A stretch of DNA of 64,000 bases from a bacterium (GTDB lineage Bacteria; Patescibacteriota; Minisyncoccia; Phycocordibacterales; UBA6065), in the NCBI GenBank assembly GCA_030680695.1, contig JAUXUT010000149.1, forward strand, positions 103,801 to 167,800, read 5' to 3'. Below the pieces are notes generated by a model. That model was not told the DNA's origin and did not search any database. It worked only from the letters and a program-made list of their open reading frames with translations. This document shows, piece after piece, positions 11,420 to 20,837 of the stretch. Position numbers and translations under genes: made by a program. Within the stretch, counting starts at the first letter, position 1; every line of letters begins with the position of its first letter.

Positions 11420-11432
11420 TTTTACAACTATT

Positions 11433-12335
11433 ATGAACAAGACAGCGCTCGCGCTCGTCATCGCCGCAGTGTGCGTTGGGGCATTGCTGTCCGGCGAGTA
11501 CAGTGTGTATGTGTTTGCACCGGAACGTCCGACACGCATAGCATTTGTCGGCGACATGATGTTTGATCGCACCATGCGCACCATAGCCGAAAGGGAAGGC
11601 TATGAGTATCTGCTTTCATGCACGCGTGATTATCTGCGTGGGTTTGATATGGCAGTTGGTAACCTGGAAGGCCCGATCACGGCGCATCCGTCTGTGAGCC
11701 AAGGCAAGAAGCCAGGCGAACCAGACAATACCCGATTCACCTTCGATTTCGCGGTCGCGGCGGCGCTTGCGGATGCAGGTTTTGGCGCGGTGAGTCTGGG
11801 CAACAACCATATATACGATTTTGGACGCGAAGGTATCGATTCGACCGCATCAGCGCTTGATACTGTTGGCCTTTTGCACTTCGGTGCTCCGGGCAAGGGC
11901 GATGTCGTCACTACGACCGTGAACGGCTTACAGCTTGCCTTCGTGGCTTTTAACCAATTCGTAGGAGCAGCAAATCCCGTTATCACAGAAACGTTTATAC
12001 GCGATGTGCGAACTACGGCTGATTTCGTTACTGTGTATGCGCATTGGGGTGATGAGTATGAGGCAGAGAACGAATACCAGCGCGCCCTGGCTCGCCGATT
12101 TATTGATGCTGGTGCAGATATCGTAATCGGATCTCATCCACATGTAGTGCAGGGGCACGAGGTATACAAAGGAAAGCACATCTACTATTCTCTTGGTAAT
12201 TTTATATTCGACCAGTATTGGGAAGAAGCGGTGCGCACAGGACTCGTCGTCGAGGTTTCGATTGACCAGGGTGAGGTTTCGGTCTCTGAACGGATCATCG
12301 ATATCGCACGCACTGGGCTTTCGTGCCTGCGTTAA
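11433..12335 (+). CDS. CapA/PGA_cap family metallophosphatase-like protein (poly-gamma-glutamate capsule synthesis-like)
   Basis: Signal/TM then GDMMFDRTMRT....DMAVGNLEGPIT...GNNHIYDFG. In-frame ATG at 11433 chosen because the longer ORF overlaps ftsX. Confidence 0.6.
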   Translation: MNKTALALVIAAVCVGALLSGEYSVYVFAPERPTRIAFVGDMMFDRTMRTIAEREGYEYLLSCTRDYLRGFDMAVGNLEGPITAHPSVSQGKKPGEPDNTRFTFDFAVAAALADAGFGAVSLGNNHIYDFGREGIDSTASALDTVGLLHFGAPGKGDVVTTTVNGLQLAFVAFNQFVGAANPVITETFIRDVRTTADFVTVYAHWGDEYEAENEYQRALARRFIDAGADIVIGSHPHVVQGHEVYKGKHIYYSLGNFIFDQYWEEAVRTGLVVEVSIDQGEVSVSERIIDIARTGLSCLR

Positions 12336-12428
12336 TCGTTTCGTCTGTCATATTGCCCGGTTCTTCTCGTCACCGTCACGGGGAGCCAGGCCCTTTCCCA
12401 TCCAGTTATCAGCTAGATCAGAAAACTT

Positions 12429-13112
12429 ATGCGCATTATAAAAACCCTAGCAGCGACATTCGTCGCGGCGGGACTCGCACTTACGGCTCCGGCCGCGAGC
12501 GCCCAAATTAATCTTGATGTAAACACCGATTCCGTCGGGGCGACGACTTCTGTTGGAGCGACGACTTCAATTGGAGCCTCCGCGACATCGGGCACTTCGA
12601 CTGGCGCTATGGCGACCGGATCGATTACCGTCAACGGCATGGATGATTCCGTGGTCGTCACTCGGGGCGACGTCGTCTCAGATTTCGGGACAACGTCAGT
12701 ATCGTCCGTGTTGACCCCTCAGGACCTCAACAATTACGCGATCGCCTTCATTAGCTCGGACGAGAACGTCACACGCGTCGAAGCTGAAGCCGATAGTGTT
12801 TCGGTCTGGTACAAGTTACCAGCGAAGCTCATTGGGTTCATACCAGTGACCGTGTCCACCAAAGGATCGGTATCAGCGGACGGCACCGTGGACGTCGATT
12901 ATCCATGGTACAGATTTCTCACCACATATGACAATGAAAGGCTCGAGAGCGAGCTCGATACGACTGCAGGGGCGATAGCTCGTGCCGAATCGACATCGAC
13001 TTTCTCGGTCAACGTCCAAGCACGCCTCATTGAGGCAATTCACTCGGTCATGAGGGCTCATGCGGGTGTATCAGCTAACGTAGAATCCTCTTCAGAGATT
13101 GAGCTTGAATAG
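12429..13112 (+). CDS. Secreted hypothetical protein (Ser/Thr/Gly-rich)
   Basis: Signal peptide MRIIKTLAATFVAAGLALTAPAASA, then a low-complexity ST-rich region. Confidence 0.5.
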   Translation: MRIIKTLAATFVAAGLALTAPAASAQINLDVNTDSVGATTSVGATTSIGASATSGTSTGAMATGSITVNGMDDSVVVTRGDVVSDFGTTSVSSVLTPQDLNNYAIAFISSDENVTRVEAEADSVSVWYKLPAKLIGFIPVTVSTKGSVSADGTVDVDYPWYRFLTTYDNERLESELDTTAGAIARAESTSTFSVNVQARLIEAIHSVMRAHAGVSANVESSSEIELE

Positions 13113-13120
13113 GACAACAA

Positions 13121-13149
13121 GGATCCCCGCTGATGCGGGGATTTTCTTT
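13121..13149 (+). terminator. Rho-independent terminator
   Basis: ggatccccgc-tgat-gcggggat plus tttctttg. Confidence 0.7.
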
Positions 13150-13168
13150 GTCTGACTGCACCTCAAGG

Positions 13169-13525
13169 TTATTTCTCGACGCAATTTTTGTACACGGTTT
13201 CGCCGTCCCTCTCGATGAAAGCTGTCTTGCCTTTGTTCCAAAAAACGATTGACTCGTCGGACACCGCGTAACGAGCACCAGATGCGGATGTAGCGTGGGG
13301 AAGGGTGATGCTCGATCCATCCGAGAGCGAGAGTGATACAGAGCCATCCTTGCCATATGTGGCCCAGATACTCTTGTCATCATCGCATCGATACGTTGTC
13401 ACGATACCGGTGGTTTCATTTAGCAGTGCTCCAGAAGGGCCTTCCTTGGTCAAGGAAGACGTGTACCAAGCCCCGAGCGCGAACGCGATAGCGAATGTGG
13501 TTATGAAAATGGTGGCTTTCTTCAT
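13169..13525 (-). CDS. MliC-like lipoprotein (membrane-bound lysozyme inhibitor of C-type lysozyme family)
   Basis: Signal peptide, YRCDDDKSIWATY....LPHATSASGARY....FWNKGKTAF....C pattern resembles MliC (SGSGA-Y core, paired Cys). Confidence 0.5.
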   Translation of the reverse strand: MKKATIFITTFAIAFALGAWYTSSLTKEGPSGALLNETTGIVTTYRCDDDKSIWATYGKDGSVSLSLSDGSSITLPHATSASGARYAVSDESIVFWNKGKTAFIERDGETVYKNCVEK

Positions 13526-13578
13526 TTCTCAAGTGTACCACGAAGGAAAGCGCCCGACCTTACGGTCGGGCGCGTGGT

Positions 13579-13905
13579 CTATTTGGGGTTCGGGGCATAT
13601 CCCCGAATCTGCGCGATGAGTCTGTGGGCATTTTCCGGAACAATCCTGTCGGTCAGAATGAACGGCCCTGGTCGTAGACGTCTGTTGGCGACGATGACGC
13701 CCTGCTCGCTTCCGGGACGCACAAAGTCTTTGACGAAATCCATACAACCCATGGGCTTGAGCCAACGGTAGAACGGATCAGGGTCATCAGATTCGATGAC
13801 GACCGGCAATCCGAAGAACATGTCGCAGTATAGGGTTACGTCCCTGAACGAAGCCATCCATGTAGGTGGCGTAGTAAGCGCATCCTGAACAATTATGGTG
13901 GGCAT
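13579..13905 (-). CDS. Hypothetical protein
   Basis: 108-aa ORF with no other ORF overlapping it. No recognizable motifs. Confidence 0.3.
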   Translation of the reverse strand: MPTIIVQDALTTPPTWMASFRDVTLYCDMFFGLPVVIESDDPDPFYRWLKPMGCMDFVKDFVRPGSEQGVIVANRRLRPGPFILTDRIVPENAHRLIAQIRGYAPNPK

Positions 13906-14007
13906 AAATAATAAAGGTGTTTGAGAAAGATTCTATGCCTCATAGCGGAAAAACTCAATAGCTGTAATCCAAGACTTTTCTCAGCGTCCCAGTAAGGTAT
14001 TTAAGGC

Positions 14008-15237
14008 ATGCCTATGAAGAAGCGACACCGACTGACCACCATCGTCTGGACGATTGCAATCGCCGCCGTCGCTATAGGCGCCGTTATCCAACTTGCGTTC
14101 AATTGGCGCACAGTTCTAGACACGAAGCCGCCGGAGTTCTCGCCAAAGAACATGCTCCAGGCTTTGTGGCATCAATACAAGTTTGACTATCTCGAGCCAG
14201 GAACGCTCCGTAGCCTCGACAAACAGAGGGACAACGTCACCACGTCTGAAGGACAGAGCTACAGCATGATGCGTGCAGTTTGGATGGACGACAAGACTAC
14301 TTTCGATCAAGCATGGCAGTGGACTAAGGACAACATACAAAGGAGGGGGGATTTTCTCATCGCCTGGATTTTCGGTGAGAGGGAGGATGGTACGTACGGC
14401 ATCCTCACGGACAGAGGGGGATACAACACTGCGTCTGATGCGGACGTCGACATCTCCGTCGCCTTACTTTTTGCATCTAAACGATGGAACGAGCCAACAT
14501 ATTACGGCGACGCCATCGTTCTTATACGATCTATCTGGGAACGCGAGGTCGTCGAGGTTCTCGGGCGGCCCTACCTTGCCGCAAATAACGTCGAGAAGAC
14601 TTTGCCAAAACAGGTCATCATACTCAATCCATCATATTTCGCGCCTTATGCATACAAGATATTCAAGGAAGTAGACCCTAGTCATGATTGGCTTGGCGTG
14701 GCGGCAACTTCGTACGAAGTTGCAAAGGCAAGCATGGTTTCGCCACTCGATAAAGAAAGTTCGGCCCACTTGCCGCCGGATTGGGTTGGCATAGATAGGA
14801 CGACAGGCGAGCTGGTGGCCGTGCCTCAGCCGACATCGCTTACCACTAATTATAGTTATGACGCCCTGCGCACGGCTTGGCGTTTTGCCCTCGACTGGCA
14901 ATGGAATGGTGATCCGCGCGCCAAGGACGTTCTGAAGGAAATGTCTTTTCTCGCCGAGGAATGGCGCAAAAAAGGATATATCGGAAGCTCTTATTCGCAC
15001 GATGGAACGGAGCTTTTGAGAACTGAATCACCGGCGATGTATGGCGGCTCGCTCGGATATTTTATGGTTGAAGAACCGCGTCTGGCCGCGGATGTATATT
15101 CGCGTACGCTCGAACGGCTTTACGACCCGAACATGTCTAAATGGCGCGAGCCGTTGAGTTATTACGACGATAACTGGGCGTGGTTCGGTGTGGCTCTTTA
15201 TCATGGTGAGCTTCGAAACATCTATGCAGAAGAATAG
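14008..15237 (+). CDS. Glycoside hydrolase family 8 endoglucanase (BcsZ/CmcAx-like), membrane-anchored
   Basis: GH8 signature ASDADVDISVALLFASKRW and TSEGQSY motif. N-terminal TM anchor. Confidence 0.85.
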   Translation: MPMKKRHRLTTIVWTIAIAAVAIGAVIQLAFNWRTVLDTKPPEFSPKNMLQALWHQYKFDYLEPGTLRSLDKQRDNVTTSEGQSYSMMRAVWMDDKTTFDQAWQWTKDNIQRRGDFLIAWIFGEREDGTYGILTDRGGYNTASDADVDISVALLFASKRWNEPTYYGDAIVLIRSIWEREVVEVLGRPYLAANNVEKTLPKQVIILNPSYFAPYAYKIFKEVDPSHDWLGVAATSYEVAKASMVSPLDKESSAHLPPDWVGIDRTTGELVAVPQPTSLTTNYSYDALRTAWRFALDWQWNGDPRAKDVLKEMSFLAEEWRKKGYIGSSYSHDGTELLRTESPAMYGGSLGYFMVEEPRLAADVYSRTLERLYDPNMSKWREPLSYYDDNWAWFGVALYHGELRNIYAEE

Positions 15238-16690
15238 CCTCATAGCACCAATCGTCTTTGTTTGTGTGGCCGCGGCCTTCGTGGCATCTCTTTCGTGGGG
15301 CATATGGATGCGAGATAGCATTCGCCTAGACGAGGCACAGAGCATCTGGCAGACGTCTCGCAGCTTACCTGGTGTGATGACAATCATCGCGCGTGACGTG
15401 CACACGCCGCTGTATTTTGTGATTCTCCATTTCTGGGAAATAGCTTTCGGTACTTCGGTGGCGGCCATCAGGACGCTGTCGCTCATATTCTTCGTGCTCT
15501 GTATCCCAGCCATATTCCGCTTGGCCGAGCTTGCCTATGATTGTAAGACCGCATATGCGGTGTCTGTGTTCACGGTGGTTTCACCATTTCTCAACTGGTA
15601 TGGGTCGGAAGCGAGGATGTATTCGCTTTTACTGCTTCTTACAATCGCGAGCCACATTTGTTTTGTGCTTTTGTGGAGATCGCCGACACGAAAAGTTTGG
15701 ATTGGATATTCAGTTGTGGCCCTTCTCGGCACGATGACTCATTTCTTTTTCTATTTCGTTATAGCCGCGCAGGTGGCGTTTTTCCTGTCTCATCGTCGCT
15801 TGTTTGTGGAAGGGGCGTGGCGCAAATTCGCATGGGCCGGAGCACCGACGATGATTGCGACTGCCGCGTGGTTTGCGTTTCGTGAGATGGTCGGGCTTGG
15901 TACGACGAACCCAATCCTTGAACGTCCATCGACCGTGGACCTTTCGAACGTGTTCTCACATTTCTTCATCGGCTTTCAGGGTGATGCTGTGAACACCATG
16001 TATCTGTCGCTCTGGCCGGTGCTCGTGTTTGTGGGGTTCACGTTTCTCGCACGCCGAAAATGGGCGGGCCCAGAAACGGTATACCTCGCCATAGCCGCGC
16101 TCGTGCCCATTGCCCTGGCATTTATCGTGAGCTTCACATATCGGCCAATATTTCTTTCACGCTATCTTCTTGTCTGTTTGCCGCCGCTTTATCTGCTCGT
16201 CGCACATTTTCTCCTTTCATATAGACGAGCTTTATCGAACGCATTGGTTGCAGGAGTTGCGACCTTGATGGTGGTGATGCTCGCCATTCAGGCAGTTAAT
16301 CCGATGTCGCCAGTGAAAGAAGACTACCGGTCAGCCGTCGCATACCTTGAGGGGTCCGCAAAGTCCCAAGACCTCATCGTAGCATCGGCACCATTCATCA
16401 CTTATCCCATCGAATATTATTACCGAGGCCCGTCCCGCATAGCGACATTCCCGAGATGGGAGCGGTATACCGATGTCGTTCTCCCTCCGCCGTATTCTGA
16501 AGAAAGCCTTGCCGAAGCAATGGACGAGTGGTCCCTTATTTATCGCGACGTATATTTCCTCTTCGGTTACGACCAAGGATACGAGGAAGATGTCCGTATC
16601 CATCTCGATACAAATTATCAGCGCGTCGATATGCGCGAATTTTCTCCGGGGCTCTCGCTCTATGCATATCGTCTGCGATACATCGAATAA
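15224..16690 (+). CDS. GT-C fold glycosyltransferase (ArnT/PMT-like, GT39/GT83-type)
   Basis: DEAQSIW loop motif after TM1, DVHTPLYFVILHFW (dvHPPLyy-like), about 11 TM helices. Start set at ATG 15224, giving a 14-nt overlap with GH8. Confidence 0.65.
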   Translation: MQKNSLIAPIVFVCVAAAFVASLSWGIWMRDSIRLDEAQSIWQTSRSLPGVMTIIARDVHTPLYFVILHFWEIAFGTSVAAIRTLSLIFFVLCIPAIFRLAELAYDCKTAYAVSVFTVVSPFLNWYGSEARMYSLLLLLTIASHICFVLLWRSPTRKVWIGYSVVALLGTMTHFFFYFVIAAQVAFFLSHRRLFVEGAWRKFAWAGAPTMIATAAWFAFREMVGLGTTNPILERPSTVDLSNVFSHFFIGFQGDAVNTMYLSLWPVLVFVGFTFLARRKWAGPETVYLAIAALVPIALAFIVSFTYRPIFLSRYLLVCLPPLYLLVAHFLLSYRRALSNALVAGVATLMVVMLAIQAVNPMSPVKEDYRSAVAYLEGSAKSQDLIVASAPFITYPIEYYYRGPSRIATFPRWERYTDVVLPPPYSEESLAEAMDEWSLIYRDVYFLFGYDQGYEEDVRIHLDTNYQRVDMREFSPGLSLYAYRLRYIE

Positions 16691-16705
16691 ACATCGAACG
16701 AAGCC

Positions 16706-18313
16706 ATGCCGACACTGCCATCCAAGACATCGTTCCTCCATAGCGATCCGAGTCGATTCTTGCTCTGGGCGAACCTTGGCATGTCGATTATCTACTTTTT
16801 CGTAATTGCTTTTCTTTTTCCGCACGGGAATGAGGTTTTGTTTTGGATACTTATCGCGGGTGAGGTGTTTCATACTTGGCAGGCGCTTACTTATATCTGT
16901 ACCGTTTGGAGGTTGGATCACAAACCCAAGCGTGACGACTTGTTTGCGCCGCCTGTCGATGTGTACATAACAGTTTGCGGTGAGCCGGTTGATATCGTTG
17001 AAGAAACTGCTCTTGCGGCCAAGGCCATGGATTACCCAAACCACAGGGTATTTCTTTTAAACGATGGATACGTAGCCAAGAAAGACAATTGGAAAGATAT
17101 GGAAGATATGGCTGTGCGTATCGGTGTTGGCTGCATCACACGCCAGACGCCAGGCGGAGCCAAAGCAGGGAACATAAATAACGCCATGGGTGTTACGGAT
17201 GCGCCGTACATCGTCATTTTTGACGCTGATCACGTCCCGCACGATGATTTCTTGGCTCGTACCATGGGATATTTTGTGGACGAGCGCCTGGCATACGTCC
17301 AGACACCGCAGTATTACAAGAACGCCTACGAGAACGCGATTACTTTGTCGGCTTGGGAACAGCAGGAGCTTTTCTTTGGACCGATTTGTCGCGGCAAGAA
17401 TCGATTCAACTCGGCGACGATGTGTGGTACGAACATGGTTATCCGGAGGCAGGCGCTCGACGAGGTTGGGGGAATGTGTACTGAATCCATCGCTGAGGAC
17501 TTTGTGACGGGACTTTTCATCCACGAGAAAGGATGGAGGTCTTTGTACGTACCAGAAGTACTGGCCGAGGGCCTTGCTCCAGAAGATTTCCTTTCGTATA
17601 CCAAACAGCAGTTTCGATGGGCTCGTGGCGCACTCGATGTGATTTTCCGGTATAACCTGTTGTTCCGGCGTGGTTTAAGTTTTATCCAAAAGATACAGTA
17701 CATGTCGTCGGTCAGTTTCTTCCTGTCTGGGGTCATAGTGCTCATGAATGCGGCTTTGCCGATACTTTTCCTTTTCTTCGGCATAACGCCAGTGCGGATA
17801 GACACGATGCTCCTTGCCATAGTTTTCATCCCATACATATTCACCACGATCGGGCTCTTGTCATCGACTTCTAATCATCGATTCTCGTTCCGGGCGGTGT
17901 CATTCTCGATGAGCTCGTTCTGGATACACATACAGGCGCTGTGGTCGGCACTCACTGGTCGAAAGGTGACGTTCTCTGTTACATCCAAAGTCGGTGTACA
18001 GGGCAATTACGTACATCTGGCTGCGCCGCATCTTATATATATCGGATTATTCGTCTTTGGATTGTTCATCGCCTTGGCGCGAGAAGGAGTGTCGTCGTCG
18101 GTTATCAACAACGTGGCTTGGGCAGCCTTCAACATCGGCGTATTCATGCCTTACATATTCGCAGCCATCCCACGCGAAGCTGTGAGCGGCTTCATGATGA
18201 GGCATTTGTACAAGATTATGTTCATACCTGAACGGACGGTGAATGTCGCAAGCCCCGTTAAACTGAAAGTGGTTTCTAAGGGCAGGGAAGGCGCTGTTCA
18301 GAGGGGTACTTGA
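16706..18313 (+). CDS. Processive GT2 beta-glycan synthase, cellulose synthase (BcsA/CelA)-like, no PilZ domain
   Basis: D, D (FDADHVP), QTPQ, QQFRWARG (QxxRW) motifs and TM helices on both sides. C-terminus lacks RxxxR/DxSxxG. Confidence 0.8.
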   Translation: MPTLPSKTSFLHSDPSRFLLWANLGMSIIYFFVIAFLFPHGNEVLFWILIAGEVFHTWQALTYICTVWRLDHKPKRDDLFAPPVDVYITVCGEPVDIVEETALAAKAMDYPNHRVFLLNDGYVAKKDNWKDMEDMAVRIGVGCITRQTPGGAKAGNINNAMGVTDAPYIVIFDADHVPHDDFLARTMGYFVDERLAYVQTPQYYKNAYENAITLSAWEQQELFFGPICRGKNRFNSATMCGTNMVIRRQALDEVGGMCTESIAEDFVTGLFIHEKGWRSLYVPEVLAEGLAPEDFLSYTKQQFRWARGALDVIFRYNLLFRRGLSFIQKIQYMSSVSFFLSGVIVLMNAALPILFLFFGITPVRIDTMLLAIVFIPYIFTTIGLLSSTSNHRFSFRAVSFSMSSFWIHIQALWSALTGRKVTFSVTSKVGVQGNYVHLAAPHLIYIGLFVFGLFIALAREGVSSSVINNVAWAAFNIGVFMPYIFAAIPREAVSGFMMRHLYKIMFIPERTVNVASPVKLKVVSKGREGAVQRGT

Positions 18314-18382
18314 CAAAACAGGGTGCTTGGGTGTATAATGTAAAGATAAGTCAAAAGCCGCGCACTTCGTGCGCGGCTTTTG
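18310..18382 (+). promoter_or_regulatory. Sigma70-like promoter (TTGACA-18-TATAAT) followed within about 14 nt by a bidirectional terminator hairpin. Copy A of a repeated element
   Basis: TTGACA 18310-15, TATAAT 18334-39, hairpin aaaagccgcgcac-ttcg-gtgcgcggctttt 18353-82. About 80% identical to 36464-36542. Confidence 0.55.
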
Positions 18383-18399
18383 CTTACTATCGAATCTGG

Positions 18400-20082
18400 C
18401 TAGTACCCAGCAGTCTTCGCGAGGCCGAGGGCATATTCCGCCCACCATTCTCCCGCGTTTGGACCACCGTTACATGTTCCGTCGGATTCACCTGGCTTCT
18501 TGACCCACAGGTATGCGTCGACAAGAGATTTTCCGGTCGAGAGGGTCGGGGCTTCGCCCAGGGCGCGTCCCCACGGGTTACACCACTCGCCGTTGCCTCC
18601 GACGCCGTTTCGCGACGTGTCTACTATGAATCGTGCACCATTGGTCAACTTCGACACACGTTCACCATAGGATACGTTTTCGCTCGTCCTGATGTAGTTC
18701 GAGACGTTAAGTGCGAATCCTGCAGCCTTGGATATGCCAGCCTTGTTGAGGCGCTGGGCCATATCCGCGTCACCGATCCAGTTTGCATGACCTGCGTCGA
18801 GATATACCGATGCTGCGGTCTTTGACTTGAATATGTCGAGGGCCGACGAGAGCACGGCCAATCGGTCAGCCTTGCCCTGGTCGTTTAGACAATCCATGCC
18901 TGCGAGGGCGTCTGGTTCAAGGACAACAATAGCCTTGCCACCTGCACCGATACCGTCGGCGATTTTGTTGATCCAGGTCATATATGCGTCCTTCGAGGCT
19001 ACACCACCGGCCGAATAGCTTCCACAGTCTCGGCTCGGGATGTTGTAAGGGACGAACACCGGCAGGGCACCCTGGGATTTTGCGTTAGCCATGGCCTTTG
19101 CCACGTCTGCCCTCACATCTGCATTCCAACCGCCGAGCCAAATGCCCGATGAGTGCGCACCTATTTTTTCCATAATAGCTGCGTCTGCTGGTCGAGAATT
19201 CTTCCATGCGATCGCCTGGGCGAGCGCAGGGGAATTAGGGTCCACGTAGAGCTTTGATGACAACACGGGACTTGTTGCGACTGGCTCTGTCACCGTCGGT
19301 GTCGACGGCGCAGTCGATGGTGCGACTGCGGTCGCTGCCATTACTGTAATCGATGATTTCGCAGTAGCGATGACATTACCATTCGATTTATCCTTGGCGG
19401 TGAAGGCGATGACGTATGGGCCCTGGCCTTTCCAGGTCCAGCCCGAGAAGTCTATAATGGACTCATTATTCACCATCTCGTTATCCGATCCACCATCCAC
19501 GTTCCAATACATTCGATACGATGACGTATCCGCATTGGTAAGGGTGGCTTTGAAGGTTCCACTGCCAGACACCTGCGAATTGTTCACAGGGTAGGCGATA
19601 GACACTTCCTTTTTCACAACTATCGGGGCGGGGGCAGGTGCTGGTGCAGGAGCCGGCGTCGCGCCGCTCGTCACACCCTGCTTGCTGATGTTCATATCCT
19701 TGCGAGCGATTTCCTTGCCAGATTTGTCCTTGGCAACGAAGGTGATGCGATACTTTCCGTCTGATTTCCAGTTCCAACCAGAAAGGTCAACGGACGCATA
19801 TTTATGAGGGTAGCCGTCCCACGAATCATCCATTTTTACGAGACCACCACCGTCTACCTGCCAATACATGTAATAATCTCCGACTTGTGCGTCAGGTACT
19901 ATGCCCTTGAACGGCTGAGTACCCTGCACCACCGCACCATCCACCGGCCACCAGGCATCAACCCTCCTTTCTGCGGCTGACACCGAAGAATGGGGGACGA
20001 AAGCCAAGGCACAGAAAACAAGCACGGATAACGCTAACGCACCCTTAAAAGAAAGGGCGCACCGACGTACGCTCTGCTTCAT
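18400..20082 (-). CDS. Secreted glycoside hydrolase family 6 cellulase with two N-terminal Ig/CBM-like repeats and a Pro-Ala linker
   Basis: GH6 motifs PVFVPYNIPSRDCGS, VLEPDALA, LWVKKPGESDG. Signal peptide. Two roughly 95-aa repeats (W.VDGG...SGW.WK..G.Y.I.F.AKDKS). PAPAPAPAPAP linker. Confidence 0.85.
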   Translation of the reverse strand: MKQSVRRCALSFKGALALSVLVFCALAFVPHSSVSAAERRVDAWWPVDGAVVQGTQPFKGIVPDAQVGDYYMYWQVDGGGLVKMDDSWDGYPHKYASVDLSGWNWKSDGKYRITFVAKDKSGKEIARKDMNISKQGVTSGATPAPAPAPAPAPIVVKKEVSIAYPVNNSQVSGSGTFKATLTNADTSSYRMYWNVDGGSDNEMVNNESIIDFSGWTWKGQGPYVIAFTAKDKSNGNVIATAKSSITVMAATAVAPSTAPSTPTVTEPVATSPVLSSKLYVDPNSPALAQAIAWKNSRPADAAIMEKIGAHSSGIWLGGWNADVRADVAKAMANAKSQGALPVFVPYNIPSRDCGSYSAGGVASKDAYMTWINKIADGIGAGGKAIVVLEPDALAGMDCLNDQGKADRLAVLSSALDIFKSKTAASVYLDAGHANWIGDADMAQRLNKAGISKAAGFALNVSNYIRTSENVSYGERVSKLTNGARFIVDTSRNGVGGNGEWCNPWGRALGEAPTLSTGKSLVDAYLWVKKPGESDGTCNGGPNAGEWWAEYALGLAKTAGY

Positions 20083-20152
20083 GTATTCTATTTTATTGTT
20101 ACCGTCTTCTAAAGGCGGTTCGAGAGTGGTTGGTCAACCAGATACGGGGACA

Positions 20153-20677
20153 TTATACCAATGACCTTCCATTCACTTCCATGCCTTTTCGTGAGGTGGT
20201 TTTTGGCGTCTTGGCGGTGTTTTCTAGCTTGGTTTTCTCTGCCATATATACGCGTTCACGTAGTTGTGAGGTCGAGTATGGATGGTCTCGTTTATGAAAG
20301 TATGCCTTATGGGGCAAATCATGTCCGGTGTACGGTTTGCCCTCCCAATCCGACCCAAGTATACGGACGTCATATTTATTGTTTTTGAGCCAATTCCGGA
20401 GGTCTTCCTCGTTTGAATATATAAATATCTCGTCGACGTATTTTACGGCTTCCAATATCTCGCGCCGTTCGTCGAGCGACATAATCGGCACATTTTTTGG
20501 TTTTTCGCCGGTTTTGAGGCGGTAAGCAATGTCATGGGCGGACGACGGATCGTCCTGGAGGCCAACTATGAGATAGTCGCATTGGCGTTTACAGTCCTTG
20601 AGCATGCGCATGTGGCCGGCATGGCATAGGTCGAAGGCACTGAAGGTCACACCGATTTTTTTTGGTTTGTCTTGCAT
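20153..20677 (-). CDS. Cytidylyltransferase (glycerol-3-phosphate cytidylyltransferase TagD-like nucleotidyltransferase)
   Basis: FSAFDLCHAGHMRML HxGH motif, about 170 aa, Rossmann-like alpha/beta. Confidence 0.7.
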   Translation of the reverse strand: MQDKPKKIGVTFSAFDLCHAGHMRMLKDCKRQCDYLIVGLQDDPSSAHDIAYRLKTGEKPKNVPIMSLDERREILEAVKYVDEIFIYSNEEDLRNWLKNNKYDVRILGSDWEGKPYTGHDLPHKAYFHKRDHPYSTSQLRERVYMAEKTKLENTAKTPKTTSRKGMEVNGRSLV

Positions 20678-20837
20678 TGCTTCTTGAGACGATTATATCA
20701 CGCGGTGCTTTCAGTTCTTGGTGTGACCCAGTGATATATTGACCAGTCCACGTACGCGATGTAATGTCACAAACAAGACTTTCGTCCTTAATAGCAAGGA
20801 CAGTTCTTCAAAAAGCAACCCCAACGAAAGGCCCAAA

